A stretch of 64,000 bases of DNA from Nitrososphaerales archaeon (GTDB lineage Archaea; Thermoproteota; Nitrososphaeria; Nitrososphaerales; Gagatemarchaeaceae), in NCBI GenBank assembly GCA_032906765.1, contig JAJTZB010000003.1, positions 77,072-141,071 of the forward strand. Reading direction: 5' to 3'. A program made the position numbers and the translations under genes. Below, one piece after another: positions 9,033 through 17,913 of this stretch (within the stretch, counting starts at the first letter, position 1; each line of letters opens with the position of its first letter). The notes below the pieces were generated by a model. It saw nothing but the letters and a program-made list of their open reading frames with translations. It was not told where the DNA came from and ran no database searches.

Positions 9033-11519
9033 TTAACCCACTGTGTTCGTCATTTCGAGCTGCATCAGCCTGTTGAATTCCACCGCGTAGGCCATCGGAA
9101 GCTCCTTCGTGAACGGCTCGAGGAACCCGTTGACGACCATGCTGAGGGCGTCGTTGTCGGAAATTCCTCTGCTCATCAGGTAGAAGAGCTGTTCCTCCCC
9201 GACCTTCCCAACGCTCGCCTCGTGCGTGACGGTTGCGTCGTCCTCATTTATCTCCATGTAAGGATACGTTGCTGTCGTACTCTTCTCGTCGATGAGTAGG
9301 GCGTCGCACCTTACGCTCGACTTCACGTTCGTCGCGCCCTTCGCTATGTGCAGCAGGCCCCTGTAAGCCGTGTGGCCGCCGTCCTTTGATACCGACCTCG
9401 AGATTATCTTCGACGTCGTGTCCCTCGCGAGATGGATTGCCTTTCCTCCGGTGTCCTGGACCTGGCCGGCGCCTGCGTAGGCCACGGAGATTATGTCTGC
9501 CTTGGCCCTCGGGCCAAGAAGGTAGATCGAAGGGTACTTCCTCGTCAGCCTCGAGCCTCCGTTGAAGTCGACCCAAGAGACCGTCGCATCTTCGTAGGCG
9601 TGCGCTCTCTTGGTGACAAGGTTGAGCACGTCCCTTGACCAGTTCTGCAGCGTCGCATACTTGACCAGCGAACCCTTCTTCGCCACTATCTCGACTATGG
9701 CCGAATGGAGGGACTGCGACGAGTATACGGGCGCTGTGCAGTTGTGCACTGCGAACCCTTTGACCAGGTACGAGTTTTCCCGTTCCACTTCCAAGTTGTA
9801 TACCAGGTCTCTGTAGGGCTCCTTGAGTACCCGCTTTATCGGCACGAAGAAACGATTACCCACCCTGCGCACTTCACTCCACTTGGTGTTCTCGGTGTAC
9901 TGGACGACATACTGGTCGCGCCTCTCGATGTCCCTGCCACCAATCTTGTCCTTCGAACCCTTGCGGACTGCGATGTTCGCGAACAGCCCATCCCTAGCGA
10001 GGAGCTCCTGGAGCTGGAACGCAAGAGTCCGACTCGCGGTCGACGCTCTAACCATGAGCGAGTCGTGCTTCTTCTTGTACCTGTTACCGTCACCCTTGAG
10101 GTAGTAGTTCAGGAGGAGCTTCTGTCTCTCGTTCGGCAATCGCATGATTGCTTCGGAGAGCACCTTGTTCGCAGCACCGGTGCCGCAATGGGCATTGAAC
10201 AAGTCAATCAGCATCTTTGAGTATGTGATGACACAGAAGTACTGGCCTCTGGCCTTGTGCATGCTGGCCTTCTCCCCGAGAGACCTGATGAGAGCTACCA
10301 ACTCGGTTGCGAGATTCTTCTCGGATTCGGACTTGCCGAAGCTGAATTGCGCAACGTCGAGATTGAGCGCGCTATTGAACGACACTGAACCCTCAGCGAG
10401 ATAGAGTCCCAGAATCTTGAGATGTGTGTCTGTAAACGTGGGGTCGTCCTTTGCCTCGGTTGGGGCAACGTACACTATGAAGTCGCCGGCTTCAAGTTGC
10501 CCGGCCTCGATGTACTTTGGCGATGCCTTGGTCAGTTTCTCCGTAGAAGCCTCAGGCAGCCATCCGTTCCTCCCCCTTCTGGTCGCGACCTCGCTCTCCT
10601 TCACAGCGAGCACAGGGTGTTCGGGTGTCAACCTGAACTCATTTCCGCGTGACAGGGGCACGATTGTCAGCATGACGCCCTCGTGAGGATGAATGAATTT
10701 CTTGGTCACTGTGGCCATTCGTCCCGACTCCGCGACGACACTCTCGTTGGTCTCCACTGCAAGAATGGGCTCGAGGGTGTAGCCCTTGCTCACGAGTTCG
10801 TCGGCCGGCAGGCATCCCTCGATGTAGTTAACCTCGCTGTATGGCTCCCCGATTATCAGGGTCCTCTCGAACTGGCCCATGTTCTTCTCGTTGATCCTGA
10901 AGTACGCTTGGAGCGGCATGTTGACCTTCACGCCCTCGGGCACGTGGACGAAGCTGCCGGCGCTCCAGACTGCGGTCTGCAGCGCAGCGATGTAGTTGTC
11001 CTGGTACGGAACCACAGTCCCGAAGTACTTCTTCATGATCTCCGGATACTCCTTCAGCGCCGTGACTGTGTCTGTGAAGACCACTCCCTGCTTGGAAAGC
11101 TCGCCCTGGATGCTGTGGTAGACGGCCTCGCTCTCGTAGATCGCTCCGACGCCGGCGAGGAACTTCTTCTCCGCTTCCGGGATACCCAGCTTGTCGTACG
11201 TGTTCCTGATGTAGTCTGGCAGCTGGTCCCAAGAAGCCGCTGCGCTCTTCGTCGGGCTGGCGTAGTAGTAGAAGTTCTGATAGTCGATGTCGCCGAGCTC
11301 TGGAGCCCAAGCAGGCACCTTCATGTCAAGGAAGTACTTGAGCGCCTTCAGCCTGATCTGTTCCATCCAGGCAGGCTCGTCGTGCAGCCTTGAGATCTCC
11401 TGCACAACCCTCTCGCTCAGGCCCTTGACGCCCTTCACGGCGTAGGCGTCAACCGGGTCGCTGAAGCCGTACTTCTCCTTGTAATCTTCTGTGGCTAGAT
11501 TGACTTTGGTAGATGCCAT
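9033..11519 (-). CDS. sufB: Fe-S cluster assembly protein SufB interrupted by a 358-aa intein (precursor 828 aa)
   Basis: The exteins (aa 1-235 and 594-828) join to give NYIEG|CTAPVYSS, a conserved SufB motif. The C-terminal EEQLFYLMSRGI motif is present. Confidence 0.92.
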   Translation of the reverse strand: MASTKVNLATEDYKEKYGFSDPVDAYAVKGVKGLSERVVQEISRLHDEPAWMEQIRLKALKYFLDMKVPAWAPELGDIDYQNFYYYASPTKSAAASWDQLPDYIRNTYDKLGIPEAEKKFLAGVGAIYESEAVYHSIQGELSKQGVVFTDTVTALKEYPEIMKKYFGTVVPYQDNYIAALQTAVWSAGSFVHVPEGVKVNMPLQAYFRINEKNMGQFERTLIIGEPYSEVNYIEGCLPADELVSKGYTLEPILAVETNESVVAESGRMATVTKKFIHPHEGVMLTIVPLSRGNEFRLTPEHPVLAVKESEVATRRGRNGWLPEASTEKLTKASPKYIEAGQLEAGDFIVYVAPTEAKDDPTFTDTHLKILGLYLAEGSVSFNSALNLDVAQFSFGKSESEKNLATELVALIRSLGEKASMHKARGQYFCVITYSKMLIDLFNAHCGTGAANKVLSEAIMRLPNERQKLLLNYYLKGDGNRYKKKHDSLMVRASTASRTLAFQLQELLARDGLFANIAVRKGSKDKIGGRDIERRDQYVVQYTENTKWSEVRRVGNRFFVPIKRVLKEPYRDLVYNLEVERENSYLVKGFAVHNCTAPVYSSQSLHSAIVEIVAKKGSLVKYATLQNWSRDVLNLVTKRAHAYEDATVSWVDFNGGSRLTRKYPSIYLLGPRAKADIISVAYAGAGQVQDTGGKAIHLARDTTSKIISRSVSKDGGHTAYRGLLHIAKGATNVKSSVRCDALLIDEKSTTATYPYMEINEDDATVTHEASVGKVGEEQLFYLMSRGISDNDALSMVVNGFLEPFTKELPMAYAVEFNRLMQLEMTNTVG
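9741..10814 (-). mobile_element. Intein with LAGLIDADG homing-endonuclease domain inside sufB
   Basis: It starts CLPADELV (Cys1), has TPEH (TxxH block B), and carries LAGLIDADG motifs (ILGLYLAEGSVS, LLNYYLKGDGNRY). It ends FAVHN and is followed by Cys+1. Confidence 0.88.
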
Positions 11520-11533
11520 GCTCTCACTGTCGA

Positions 11534-11548
11534 TATAACATAGGTTAT
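11534..11548. promoter_or_regulatory. Palindromic element TATAACATAGGTTAT (ATAAC-N4-GTTAT) 14 nt upstream of the sufB ATG
   Basis: An exact 15-mer, repeated identically at 12381-12395. It lies in the sufC-sufB intergenic spacer. Confidence 0.5.
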
Positions 11549-11564
11549 TAGCATGATAAAAGCG

Positions 11565-12344
11565 TTATGGGATTGGATGCTGTACCTCCTCCTCTTCCTT
11601 GTACCCAGTGATCCAGTTGTATCCCCTCTCCTCCAGAAGCCTTGACAGGTCTTCGCTCCCTGACTGGATTATCCTCCCCTGGTACATGACGTGAACGAAC
11701 TGGGGCTTCACGTACTTCAGGATCCTCTGGTAGTGCGTAATCAGCAGGATTCCGGTTTCCGGGCCCGCGACCTTGTTGATTCCTTCGGCGACGATCCTGA
11801 GCGCGTCGATGTCTAGGCCCGAATCTGTCTCGTCGAGGACCGCGAACTTCGGCTGCATCAGGGCCATCTGGAGGATTTCCGCCCTCTTCTTCTCGCCTCC
11901 TGAGAAACCTTCGTTCAGATACCTAGTGAGGAACGAATTGTCCATGTCGAGCATCTTCAGCTTCTCCGCCACTGCTTCCCTGAAGTCGAAGATGGTGGGC
12001 GGCTCCTTCGGGTTTGTTGTGTGAGAGGCGTTGAAGGCCGCCCTCAGGAAAGAGAACATGCTTACGCCTTGGACGGAGACGGGGTACTGGAACGCAAGGA
12101 AGAGCCCCCTCTTGACCCTCTTGTCCGTGCTGAGGGCCAGAACGTTTTCGCCGTCAATCAGGACTTGGCCCGACGTCACGTGGTACTTCGGGTGGCCGAG
12201 TAGTGTGTACGCGAGCGTGCTCTTGCCGGAGCCGTTCGGCCCCATGAGTGCGTGGGTCTCGCCCTGCTGAACGGTCAGGTCGACTCCCTTCAGAATCTCC
12301 TTGCCCTCCACGGACGCGTGGAGGTCCTTGATCTCCAGTTTCAT
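11565..12344 (-). CDS. sufC: Fe-S cluster assembly ATPase SufC
   Basis: 259 aa. It has Walker A (GPNGSGKST), the ABC signature (FSGGEKKR) and Walker B (AVLDETDSGLD). Confidence 0.93.
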   Translation of the reverse strand: MKLEIKDLHASVEGKEILKGVDLTVQQGETHALMGPNGSGKSTLAYTLLGHPKYHVTSGQVLIDGENVLALSTDKRVKRGLFLAFQYPVSVQGVSMFSFLRAAFNASHTTNPKEPPTIFDFREAVAEKLKMLDMDNSFLTRYLNEGFSGGEKKRAEILQMALMQPKFAVLDETDSGLDIDALRIVAEGINKVAGPETGILLITHYQRILKYVKPQFVHVMYQGRIIQSGSEDLSRLLEERGYNWITGYKEEEEVQHPIP

Positions 12345-12380
12345 TGGCTAGCTCGAACACCGCCCCAGTGTATTTAAATT

Positions 12381-12395
12381 TATAACATAGGTTAT
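12381..12395. promoter_or_regulatory. Palindromic element TATAACATAGGTTAT upstream of sufC, abutting a TATA-like TTTAAATA
   Basis: The 15-mer is identical to the one at 11534-11548. It lies 36 nt upstream of the sufC ATG and next to the AT-rich box at 12371-12380. Confidence 0.5.
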
Positions 12396-12405
12396 GGAAG
12401 AAGGG

Positions 12406-12888
12406 TCAACCGAGGGCGCGTTCGCTGATCTTCTTCGCGACTGCCTCGAGGAACTCTCTGTCAATGCTGGAGAACGCGTCGAGATACTCGCTGTCGATGT
12501 CAATCTCCCCGATAACCTTGCCAGAATTGAAGATGGGGACGACGATCTCCGCCTTCGTCGAGAGGAAGCACTTGAGGTACCTCGCATCCTTGCTGACGTC
12601 GGAGACGATCTCAGTGTGCCCCGCCTTCGCGGCATAGCCGCAGACGCCCTTGCCAATTGGTATCCGCACATGTTCTGTCGCGGCCGGACCGGACCAAGCG
12701 TCCAAGACCAAGTCCTGACCATCGACGAGGTAGATGCCCACCCAGGAGTATGCGGGAACTGCGCTGTTGAGCAGCTTGACGATCTGGTCGCGCACCGTTC
12801 GACCATTGCTGGAACCCAGATTCGAGTCCAGACGGGCCAGAACCTCCTTGGCCTGCTCCCTGCCCAGTTTCATGGTGGTCGCCTTCAT
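12406..12888 (-). CDS. GAF domain protein (free methionine-R-sulfoxide reductase-like)
   Basis: 160 aa. The pattern WVGIYLVDG..LVL....G...H.RIPIGKGVCG.AA......V.DV.....YL.C....KAEIVVPI is typical of single-domain GAF / fRMsr proteins. Confidence 0.72.
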   Translation of the reverse strand: MKATTMKLGREQAKEVLARLDSNLGSSNGRTVRDQIVKLLNSAVPAYSWVGIYLVDGQDLVLDAWSGPAATEHVRIPIGKGVCGYAAKAGHTEIVSDVSKDARYLKCFLSTKAEIVVPIFNSGKVIGEIDIDSEYLDAFSSIDREFLEAVAKKISERALG

Positions 12889-12921
12889 CGAATCTTTGCG
12901 CCCTACCCCAGTCGTATTTAT

Positions 12922-13629
12922 CTACGCTGCCGAGGTCCAGCCTTTGCCCTCAACAGCGTATCTGTATGCGAGGGCGGCTAAGATGGCACCGGCGATCGGC
13001 CCAACCCAGTAGATGTACCAGTAGCCTGGCAGGAACAAACCAGCGATCATGGGCCCCATCGCTCTTGCCGGGTTCATTGCTGCCCCAGTGAACGGGCCTC
13101 CTGTCAGAACGTCTACCAGGACGGCCAAGCCGATTCCGAGACCGCCAATCTTGGGAGCACGCGAATCGACAGCTGTGCCGAAGATTGCGAAGACGAGGAC
13201 GAAAGTCATTATCAGTTCAATGAGAGTTCCCTGAGCAACCGTGACCGACCCCGCGAGCGTCGGCGCGCCCCAGTGGGCAGCGTTCCCAAAGGCCGCGGGA
13301 AACGAGGCCGTCAGGGCCAGCCCGGCCAGGATGGCGCCGGCCAGCTCCGCGATGACATATGGAAGGACTTCTCTTGCTTGCAGCTTTCTTGCGACGAAAA
13401 GGCACAGCGTCACCGCGGGGTTGAGCGAGCCGCCCGAAACAGCCATTGTGGCGGAGACGGCCATCGCGAGACCGAGGCCGTTTGCGAGCGCAGCGATAAG
13501 GAGGGACGCCGCTGAATCGGTTATCCCGAGGGCACTAGTTGCGACGGCCGAACCCACGCCCACCAGCACGAACACGAAGGTGCCGAGGAACTCGGCTGCA
13601 ACTTTCGTTCGAAGCCCTGCTCCGGACAT
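12922..13629 (-). CDS. aqpM: Aquaporin / MIP family channel
   Basis: 235 aa with six hydrophobic segments and two NPA boxes (SLNPAVTL, AMNPARAMG). Confidence 0.9.
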   Translation of the reverse strand: MSGAGLRTKVAAEFLGTFVFVLVGVGSAVATSALGITDSAASLLIAALANGLGLAMAVSATMAVSGGSLNPAVTLCLFVARKLQAREVLPYVIAELAGAILAGLALTASFPAAFGNAAHWGAPTLAGSVTVAQGTLIELIMTFVLVFAIFGTAVDSRAPKIGGLGIGLAVLVDVLTGGPFTGAAMNPARAMGPMIAGLFLPGYWYIYWVGPIAGAILAALAYRYAVEGKGWTSAA

Positions 13630-13721
13630 TGCCGATTCCGAGCGTCCTGGAAGTCTCTTTAAACTTGCGTGTGGCCGCTCCTCGAAAGGCTTTTCCCAAC
13701 CGCGCCGAGCAATGCTGAATC

Positions 13722-14207
13722 TTGCACGGGAGCAGAGTTTTGGCCGTCGTCCTCTCGGTCGCCTTCATCGCTGCCTTGGCTTCGTACTCTTACCTCGCGC
13801 AGAGCAGATTCAATCCAAACCCCCTAACGACGACGTTCACGGCCGCGACCACCTGCTCTGCCGGGTCTGGAGCCTGCCCCGGGTACGAGATCACCTCAGC
13901 AAGTCTCTCTGTGAAGACCATCACGGAGGCCGACGTGAACAGCCAGGAGCTGACCCTTGGAATCAAGGCGACAGGGAATACCTCGATGGACAGAATCAAG
14001 GTGTTCATCGCAAACGTGTCGCTCGGCAGTGTCGCCGGCCCGTTCGAGCCCGGGGTCGCCAAGGTCGTCGGCGTAGCGGTGCCCACCACTATTGTCCTAA
14101 ACCCTGGCCAGAGATACGAGGTGGTGGTGGAGGGAATCTACGTCAACGCCGCCACGGGCGCCGTCTCGGGTGAATACTGGCAGTCGGTCGTAGTGGCAAC
14201 GGGATAG
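13722..14207 (+). CDS. Hypothetical membrane-anchored / secreted protein
   Basis: 161 aa with a TTG start and an N-terminal hydrophobic helix (VLAVVLSVAFIAALA), followed by a Thr/Ser/Val-rich beta-type region. No family was recognised. Confidence 0.4.
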   Translation: MHGSRVLAVVLSVAFIAALASYSYLAQSRFNPNPLTTTFTAATTCSAGSGACPGYEITSASLSVKTITEADVNSQELTLGIKATGNTSMDRIKVFIANVSLGSVAGPFEPGVAKVVGVAVPTTIVLNPGQRYEVVVEGIYVNAATGAVSGEYWQSVVVATG

Positions 14208-14256
14208 CGAACAATTCTTATATACAACGCAGGGTTGTAGACCCTCAGTAATCTAG

Positions 14257-15903
14257 ATGTCAGCAACAGGACAGCAAGTAATCATACTGAAGGAGGGCGC
14301 GGGCGAGACTCGAGGAAGAGAGGCACAGAGGAACAACATTGCCGCAGCGAAGCTCATCGCCGAGCTCGTGAGGACATCCCTGGGACCGAGGGGGATGGAC
14401 AAGATGCTCGTCGACTCGATGGGCGACGTGACGATAACGAACGACGGGGCGACGATGCTGAAGGAGATAGACGTGCAGCACCCGGCCGCCAAGATGATGG
14501 TCGAGATCAGCAAATCGACGGACAACGAGGTGGGAGACGGCACGACCTCCGCAGTTGTCGTGGCCGGAGCCCTGCTCGAGAAGGCAGAGGAGCTGATAGA
14601 CAAGGAGGTCCACCCAGTGGTGATCGTGGAAGGCTACTCGAGGGCTGTGGAGAAGGCCCTGGAGATACTCGAGAAGATCGCCGAGAGGGTCGACCCGAAG
14701 AGCAGACAGGACCTGCTCAAGATAGCCACGACGAGCATGATGACCAAGCTAGTGAACGAGGACGCGCCTCACCTCGCAGGTGTTGTCGTGGACTCAATCC
14801 TGATGATCTTGGAGGAAGCCGGCAAGGGCTTCAGGGCAGACATAGACAACGTCAAGGTCGAGAAGAAGGCCGGTGGATCAATCACCGACTCGCAGCTGAT
14901 AAAGGGAATGGTGATGGACAAGGAGGTCGTCCATTCGGGAATGCCGAAGAAGGTCGAGGAGGCGAAGATTGCCCTGGTCAACTCGCCACTTGAGATAGAG
15001 AAGACAGAGTTCTCTGCGGAGATCAGGATCAACGACCCGGAACAGATGCAAAAGTTCATGGACGAAGAGACCAGCATGCTGAAGGGCATGGCTGAAAGGG
15101 TCATCTCGGCAGGCGCGAACGTGCTCATCTGCCAGAAGGGCATCGACGACCTGGCTCAGCACTTCCTGGCGAAGGCCGGTGTCCTCGCGGTCAGACGCGT
15201 GAAGGAGAGCGACATGGGCAAGCTGGCGAAGGCGACCGGGGCCAGGATGGTGACCAACCTCGAAGACCTTACGTCCAGGGACCTCGGTTATGCAAAACTC
15301 GTCGAGGAGCGGAAGCTCGAGGAGGACAAGTGGGTCTTCATCGAGGGATGCAAGAACCCGAAGGCGGTGACAATCCTCGTAAGGGGAGGCACACAGCGCA
15401 TAGTCGACGAGGCCGAGAGGGCGCTCCACGATGCCCTGATGGTCACGAAGGACGTTGTTGAGAACCCAGCCATAGTTGCAGGCGGTGGAGCCCCCGAGGA
15501 GGAGGTGGCGTGCCAGATACGGACGTGGGCCCAGAAGCTCTCTGGTAGGGAGCAGCTCGCTGCCCTGAAGTTCGCCGACGCGATGGAGTCGATACCAATG
15601 ACACTCGCCGAGAACGCGGGGATGGACCCCATTGACACGCAGGTTGACCTGAGAGCCAGGCATGCCAAGGAGGGCAAGTGGTTCGGGGTTGACGCGCTCA
15701 GCGGCAGGGTCGCTGACATGTACGCGAAGTCGGTTGTCGAGCCTCTGGCAGTCAAGCTCCAGATTCTGCGCGCCGCAACTGAAGCCGCGTCGATGCTCCT
15801 CAGAATCGACGACGTGATAGCGGCTGGCAAGACGAGGGCACCGCCAATGCCTCCAGGCGGAGGCGGGATGGGTGGCATGGGCGGAATGCCGCCGATGGGC
15901 TAG
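14257..15903 (+). CDS. ths: Thermosome subunit (group II chaperonin)
   Basis: 548 aa. It has the GPRGMDKML, ITNDGATIL-like and VGDGTTS motifs and a C-terminal GGGGMGGMGGMPPMG tail. Confidence 0.95.
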   Translation: MSATGQQVIILKEGAGETRGREAQRNNIAAAKLIAELVRTSLGPRGMDKMLVDSMGDVTITNDGATMLKEIDVQHPAAKMMVEISKSTDNEVGDGTTSAVVVAGALLEKAEELIDKEVHPVVIVEGYSRAVEKALEILEKIAERVDPKSRQDLLKIATTSMMTKLVNEDAPHLAGVVVDSILMILEEAGKGFRADIDNVKVEKKAGGSITDSQLIKGMVMDKEVVHSGMPKKVEEAKIALVNSPLEIEKTEFSAEIRINDPEQMQKFMDEETSMLKGMAERVISAGANVLICQKGIDDLAQHFLAKAGVLAVRRVKESDMGKLAKATGARMVTNLEDLTSRDLGYAKLVEERKLEEDKWVFIEGCKNPKAVTILVRGGTQRIVDEAERALHDALMVTKDVVENPAIVAGGGAPEEEVACQIRTWAQKLSGREQLAALKFADAMESIPMTLAENAGMDPIDTQVDLRARHAKEGKWFGVDALSGRVADMYAKSVVEPLAVKLQILRAATEAASMLLRIDDVIAAGKTRAPPMPPGGGGMGGMGGMPPMG

Positions 15904-15914
15904 AGCGTCGCGAC

Positions 15915-16868
15915 CTATACGCTTCCGAACTCGAACTTGTGGTCTGGGCCTAGACCCGCTTTGACAGCCTTGTCGTAGATGAGACTCGCGACCGCCACGT
16001 CCTCGATGGCGACACCGTTCGACTTGAAGAGGGTGGGTCTCTCCTGTCTTACTCCTCCTGCCACAATGTCCTTCAGCTCCACGACCCTGTCCCAAGTGAG
16101 GAGACCGCTCTGTTCTGCGAGGATCAAGTCGCCGGCTTCGACCCTCGACTGGGCAAGGTCGTCGACGGCCACTGTCTTGAACCAAGACACCGCGTCGGGT
16201 GCAGCCTCGGCTCTTCCTGACGTATTCGAACCGCACAAGTTAACATGAGCCAGATCGCGGACGACCTTTCTCGTGAGGAATGGCCCGCCCGACGTTGTAA
16301 TCGCCGTGGCGACATCCGAGGAGCTGGCCGCTCCTTCGACCGCATCCGCTGAGGTCGCCCGAAAGCCGAGCCTGCCGAGGTCACGGGCGAAGGACTCCCT
16401 GTGCTCGCGCGTCGGGCTCCAGACTCTTACGGCCTCCAGGGAGGCGACCTCAGCCATCGCGAGGACCTGGGTCAGCGCCTGCTTACCGGAGCCGAAGACA
16501 GCGAGCCGGAAACGCTTCGAGCCGAAGAGGAACTTGGTCGCTACTGCCGAGGCAGCACCCGTCCTGTATCTACCTAGGATGTCGGCACCCATCACGGCCA
16601 AGGGCTGCCCGTCGTCCAGCGAGAAGAGGATGAAGAGGAACCTCACGCCCTTCCTAGAGCTTAGGTAGCTCTTCACACCTGCCCTTCCGAGATAAGGCAG
16701 CGAAGCGTGCATAACGTTCAGGACGGCCCCCTGGGCAACCGACCGAGTCCGGGGCGAGTTTACTGCCCGAACGCCCGCCTGCTGCCTGAAGCACTCCTCA
16801 ACAGCCGGGACGACGTCCTTCATCCCGATGTGGTCCTGGACGTCCTTCTCGGACAGAATCAGCGTCAA
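15915..16868 (-). CDS. Ornithine cyclodeaminase / mu-crystallin family protein
   Basis: 317 aa with family-typical sequence (RTGAASAVATKFL, a Rossmann stretch AVFGSGKQA, and G.D..G..E). Confidence 0.78.
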   Translation of the reverse strand: MTLILSEKDVQDHIGMKDVVPAVEECFRQQAGVRAVNSPRTRSVAQGAVLNVMHASLPYLGRAGVKSYLSSRKGVRFLFILFSLDDGQPLAVMGADILGRYRTGAASAVATKFLFGSKRFRLAVFGSGKQALTQVLAMAEVASLEAVRVWSPTREHRESFARDLGRLGFRATSADAVEGAASSSDVATAITTSGGPFLTRKVVRDLAHVNLCGSNTSGRAEAAPDAVSWFKTVAVDDLAQSRVEAGDLILAEQSGLLTWDRVVELKDIVAGGVRQERPTLFKSNGVAIEDVAVASLIYDKAVKAGLGPDHKFEFGSV

Positions 16869-16873
16869 CTGGT

Positions 16874-17116
16874 CTAGTGCTCTTCCTTGTGCCCTTCAGT
16901 CTCGGGCTTGCCCCACCGGCCCACCTTCGGAAGGCCCTTGCTCCTGAACAGGGACATGCCCTGCTGGTACCGCTGGAGCTCTACCTCGAGAAACCTGATG
17001 TCGGACATGACGCCGGCCAGCTCCTTTTCCTTCCCCCTCTTCCCCCTCAACTCTGCGGCCTTGGCCTTCTTCTCCTCGACCATGCCCGAGAGAAGCTGTT
17101 CGTACTCGGTCGTCAT
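16874..17116 (-). CDS. Hypothetical small coiled-coil protein
   Basis: An 80-aa charged helical ORF. It fits the intergenic space, but no family was recognised. Confidence 0.35.
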   Translation of the reverse strand: MTTEYEQLLSGMVEEKKAKAAELRGKRGKEKELAGVMSDIRFLEVELQRYQQGMSLFRSKGLPKVGRWGKPETEGHKEEH

Positions 17117-17180
17117 TCCCGTAACCTCGCCACGGTCGTTCGGCCTAAGCTAAAAAAGGATTCCAAGAGAGCGGGGTGGC

Positions 17181-17453
17181 ATGCGCTCCCAGTTGCTCGT
17201 GGCCGGTATCATGGTCGCGTTGATGGGTGCTGCTTTCTATCTGCTCGAGGTACCGCTCGTATACTTCTGGAGCCTGCCCTTCCTGGTAGGCGGAGGTCTG
17301 ATGGCAGCAGCCAGCCCCTTCCTCCCCGAGCGGGCTGGCCCAATCGAGCCTCCAGAGGGCTACAGGTTCTGCGCATTCTGCTCGACGCCAGTCCCCCTCG
17401 CCTCCGACAGGTGTCCCCGCTGCAATGGTCTCCAGCCAAGAGGGGGACGGTGA
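17181..17453 (+). CDS. Small membrane protein with C-terminal zinc ribbon
   Basis: 90 aa with two hydrophobic helices followed by CAFC...CPRC. Confidence 0.4.
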   Translation: MRSQLLVAGIMVALMGAAFYLLEVPLVYFWSLPFLVGGGLMAAASPFLPERAGPIEPPEGYRFCAFCSTPVPLASDRCPRCNGLQPRGGR

Positions 17454-17454
17454 C

Positions 17455-17913
17455 ATGAAGTCGAGCCGCAGAAGGGAGGCAGGGCAGACACCAAAGCTGG
17501 CGGAGAGGATAGGATTCCGCGGTCACCCGATGGTGCTTGCGCTCCACCCGACGACAATCGAGGTCACGACTGAATCGCACCTGACTAGGAAGGGGGACTG
17601 CATCGTAGGAGTTGGCTCGGACGCAGGGTGCGCGGGCCTGAGCGAAGGGACCAAGGAGGCGCTCAGGAGGGACGGCGCAAGGGTCGTACTCAGGTTCGTG
17701 GTGGCTGGAGAGTCATTCGTCGTCAATGCGGAGGGCGACAGCAGGCTGACGTTCACGCACCCGCACGACATGGTGATACGAAAGAGCGACTTCATCAGCG
17801 ACAGGACTCTGGCCGTGAGGGCGAGCGCAGCCGCAAAGGATATGCCGCGCAGGATGGTGGAGGCGCTCAGGGGAGAAGGGACGACCGGGTATCTCGAAAT
17901 CGGTGTGGTCTGA
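17455..17913 (+). CDS. DUF371-like protein
   Basis: The sequence GFRGHPMVLALHPTTIEVTTESHLTRKGDCIVGV resembles the archaeal DUF371 family, recalled from memory. The ATG at 17455 follows the stop of the preceding gene. Confidence 0.55.
   Translation: MKSSRRREAGQTPKLAERIGFRGHPMVLALHPTTIEVTTESHLTRKGDCIVGVGSDAGCAGLSEGTKEALRRDGARVVLRFVVAGESFVVNAEGDSRLTFTHPHDMVIRKSDFISDRTLAVRASAAAKDMPRRMVEALRGEGTTGYLEIGVV

Noticed and set aside
12348-12981. Alternative ORFs (152 aa on the minus strand, 195 aa on the plus strand) overlapping the GAF-domain gene.
   Set aside because: The 160-aa frame gives a clean GAF-domain sequence. The alternatives are Ser/Arg-rich and low-complexity.
13241-14173. A 310-aa plus-strand ORF antisense to the aquaporin gene.
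   Set aside because: It overlaps the aquaporin (NPA boxes present) and the downstream hypothetical gene. The sequence is low-complexity and Arg/Ala-rich.
14878-16236. A 452-aa minus-strand ORF overlapping the thermosome gene and the OCD-family gene.
   Set aside because: It is antisense to a strongly supported gene. The sequence is Arg/Gly/Pro-rich and low-complexity, typical of shadow ORFs in G+C-rich DNA.
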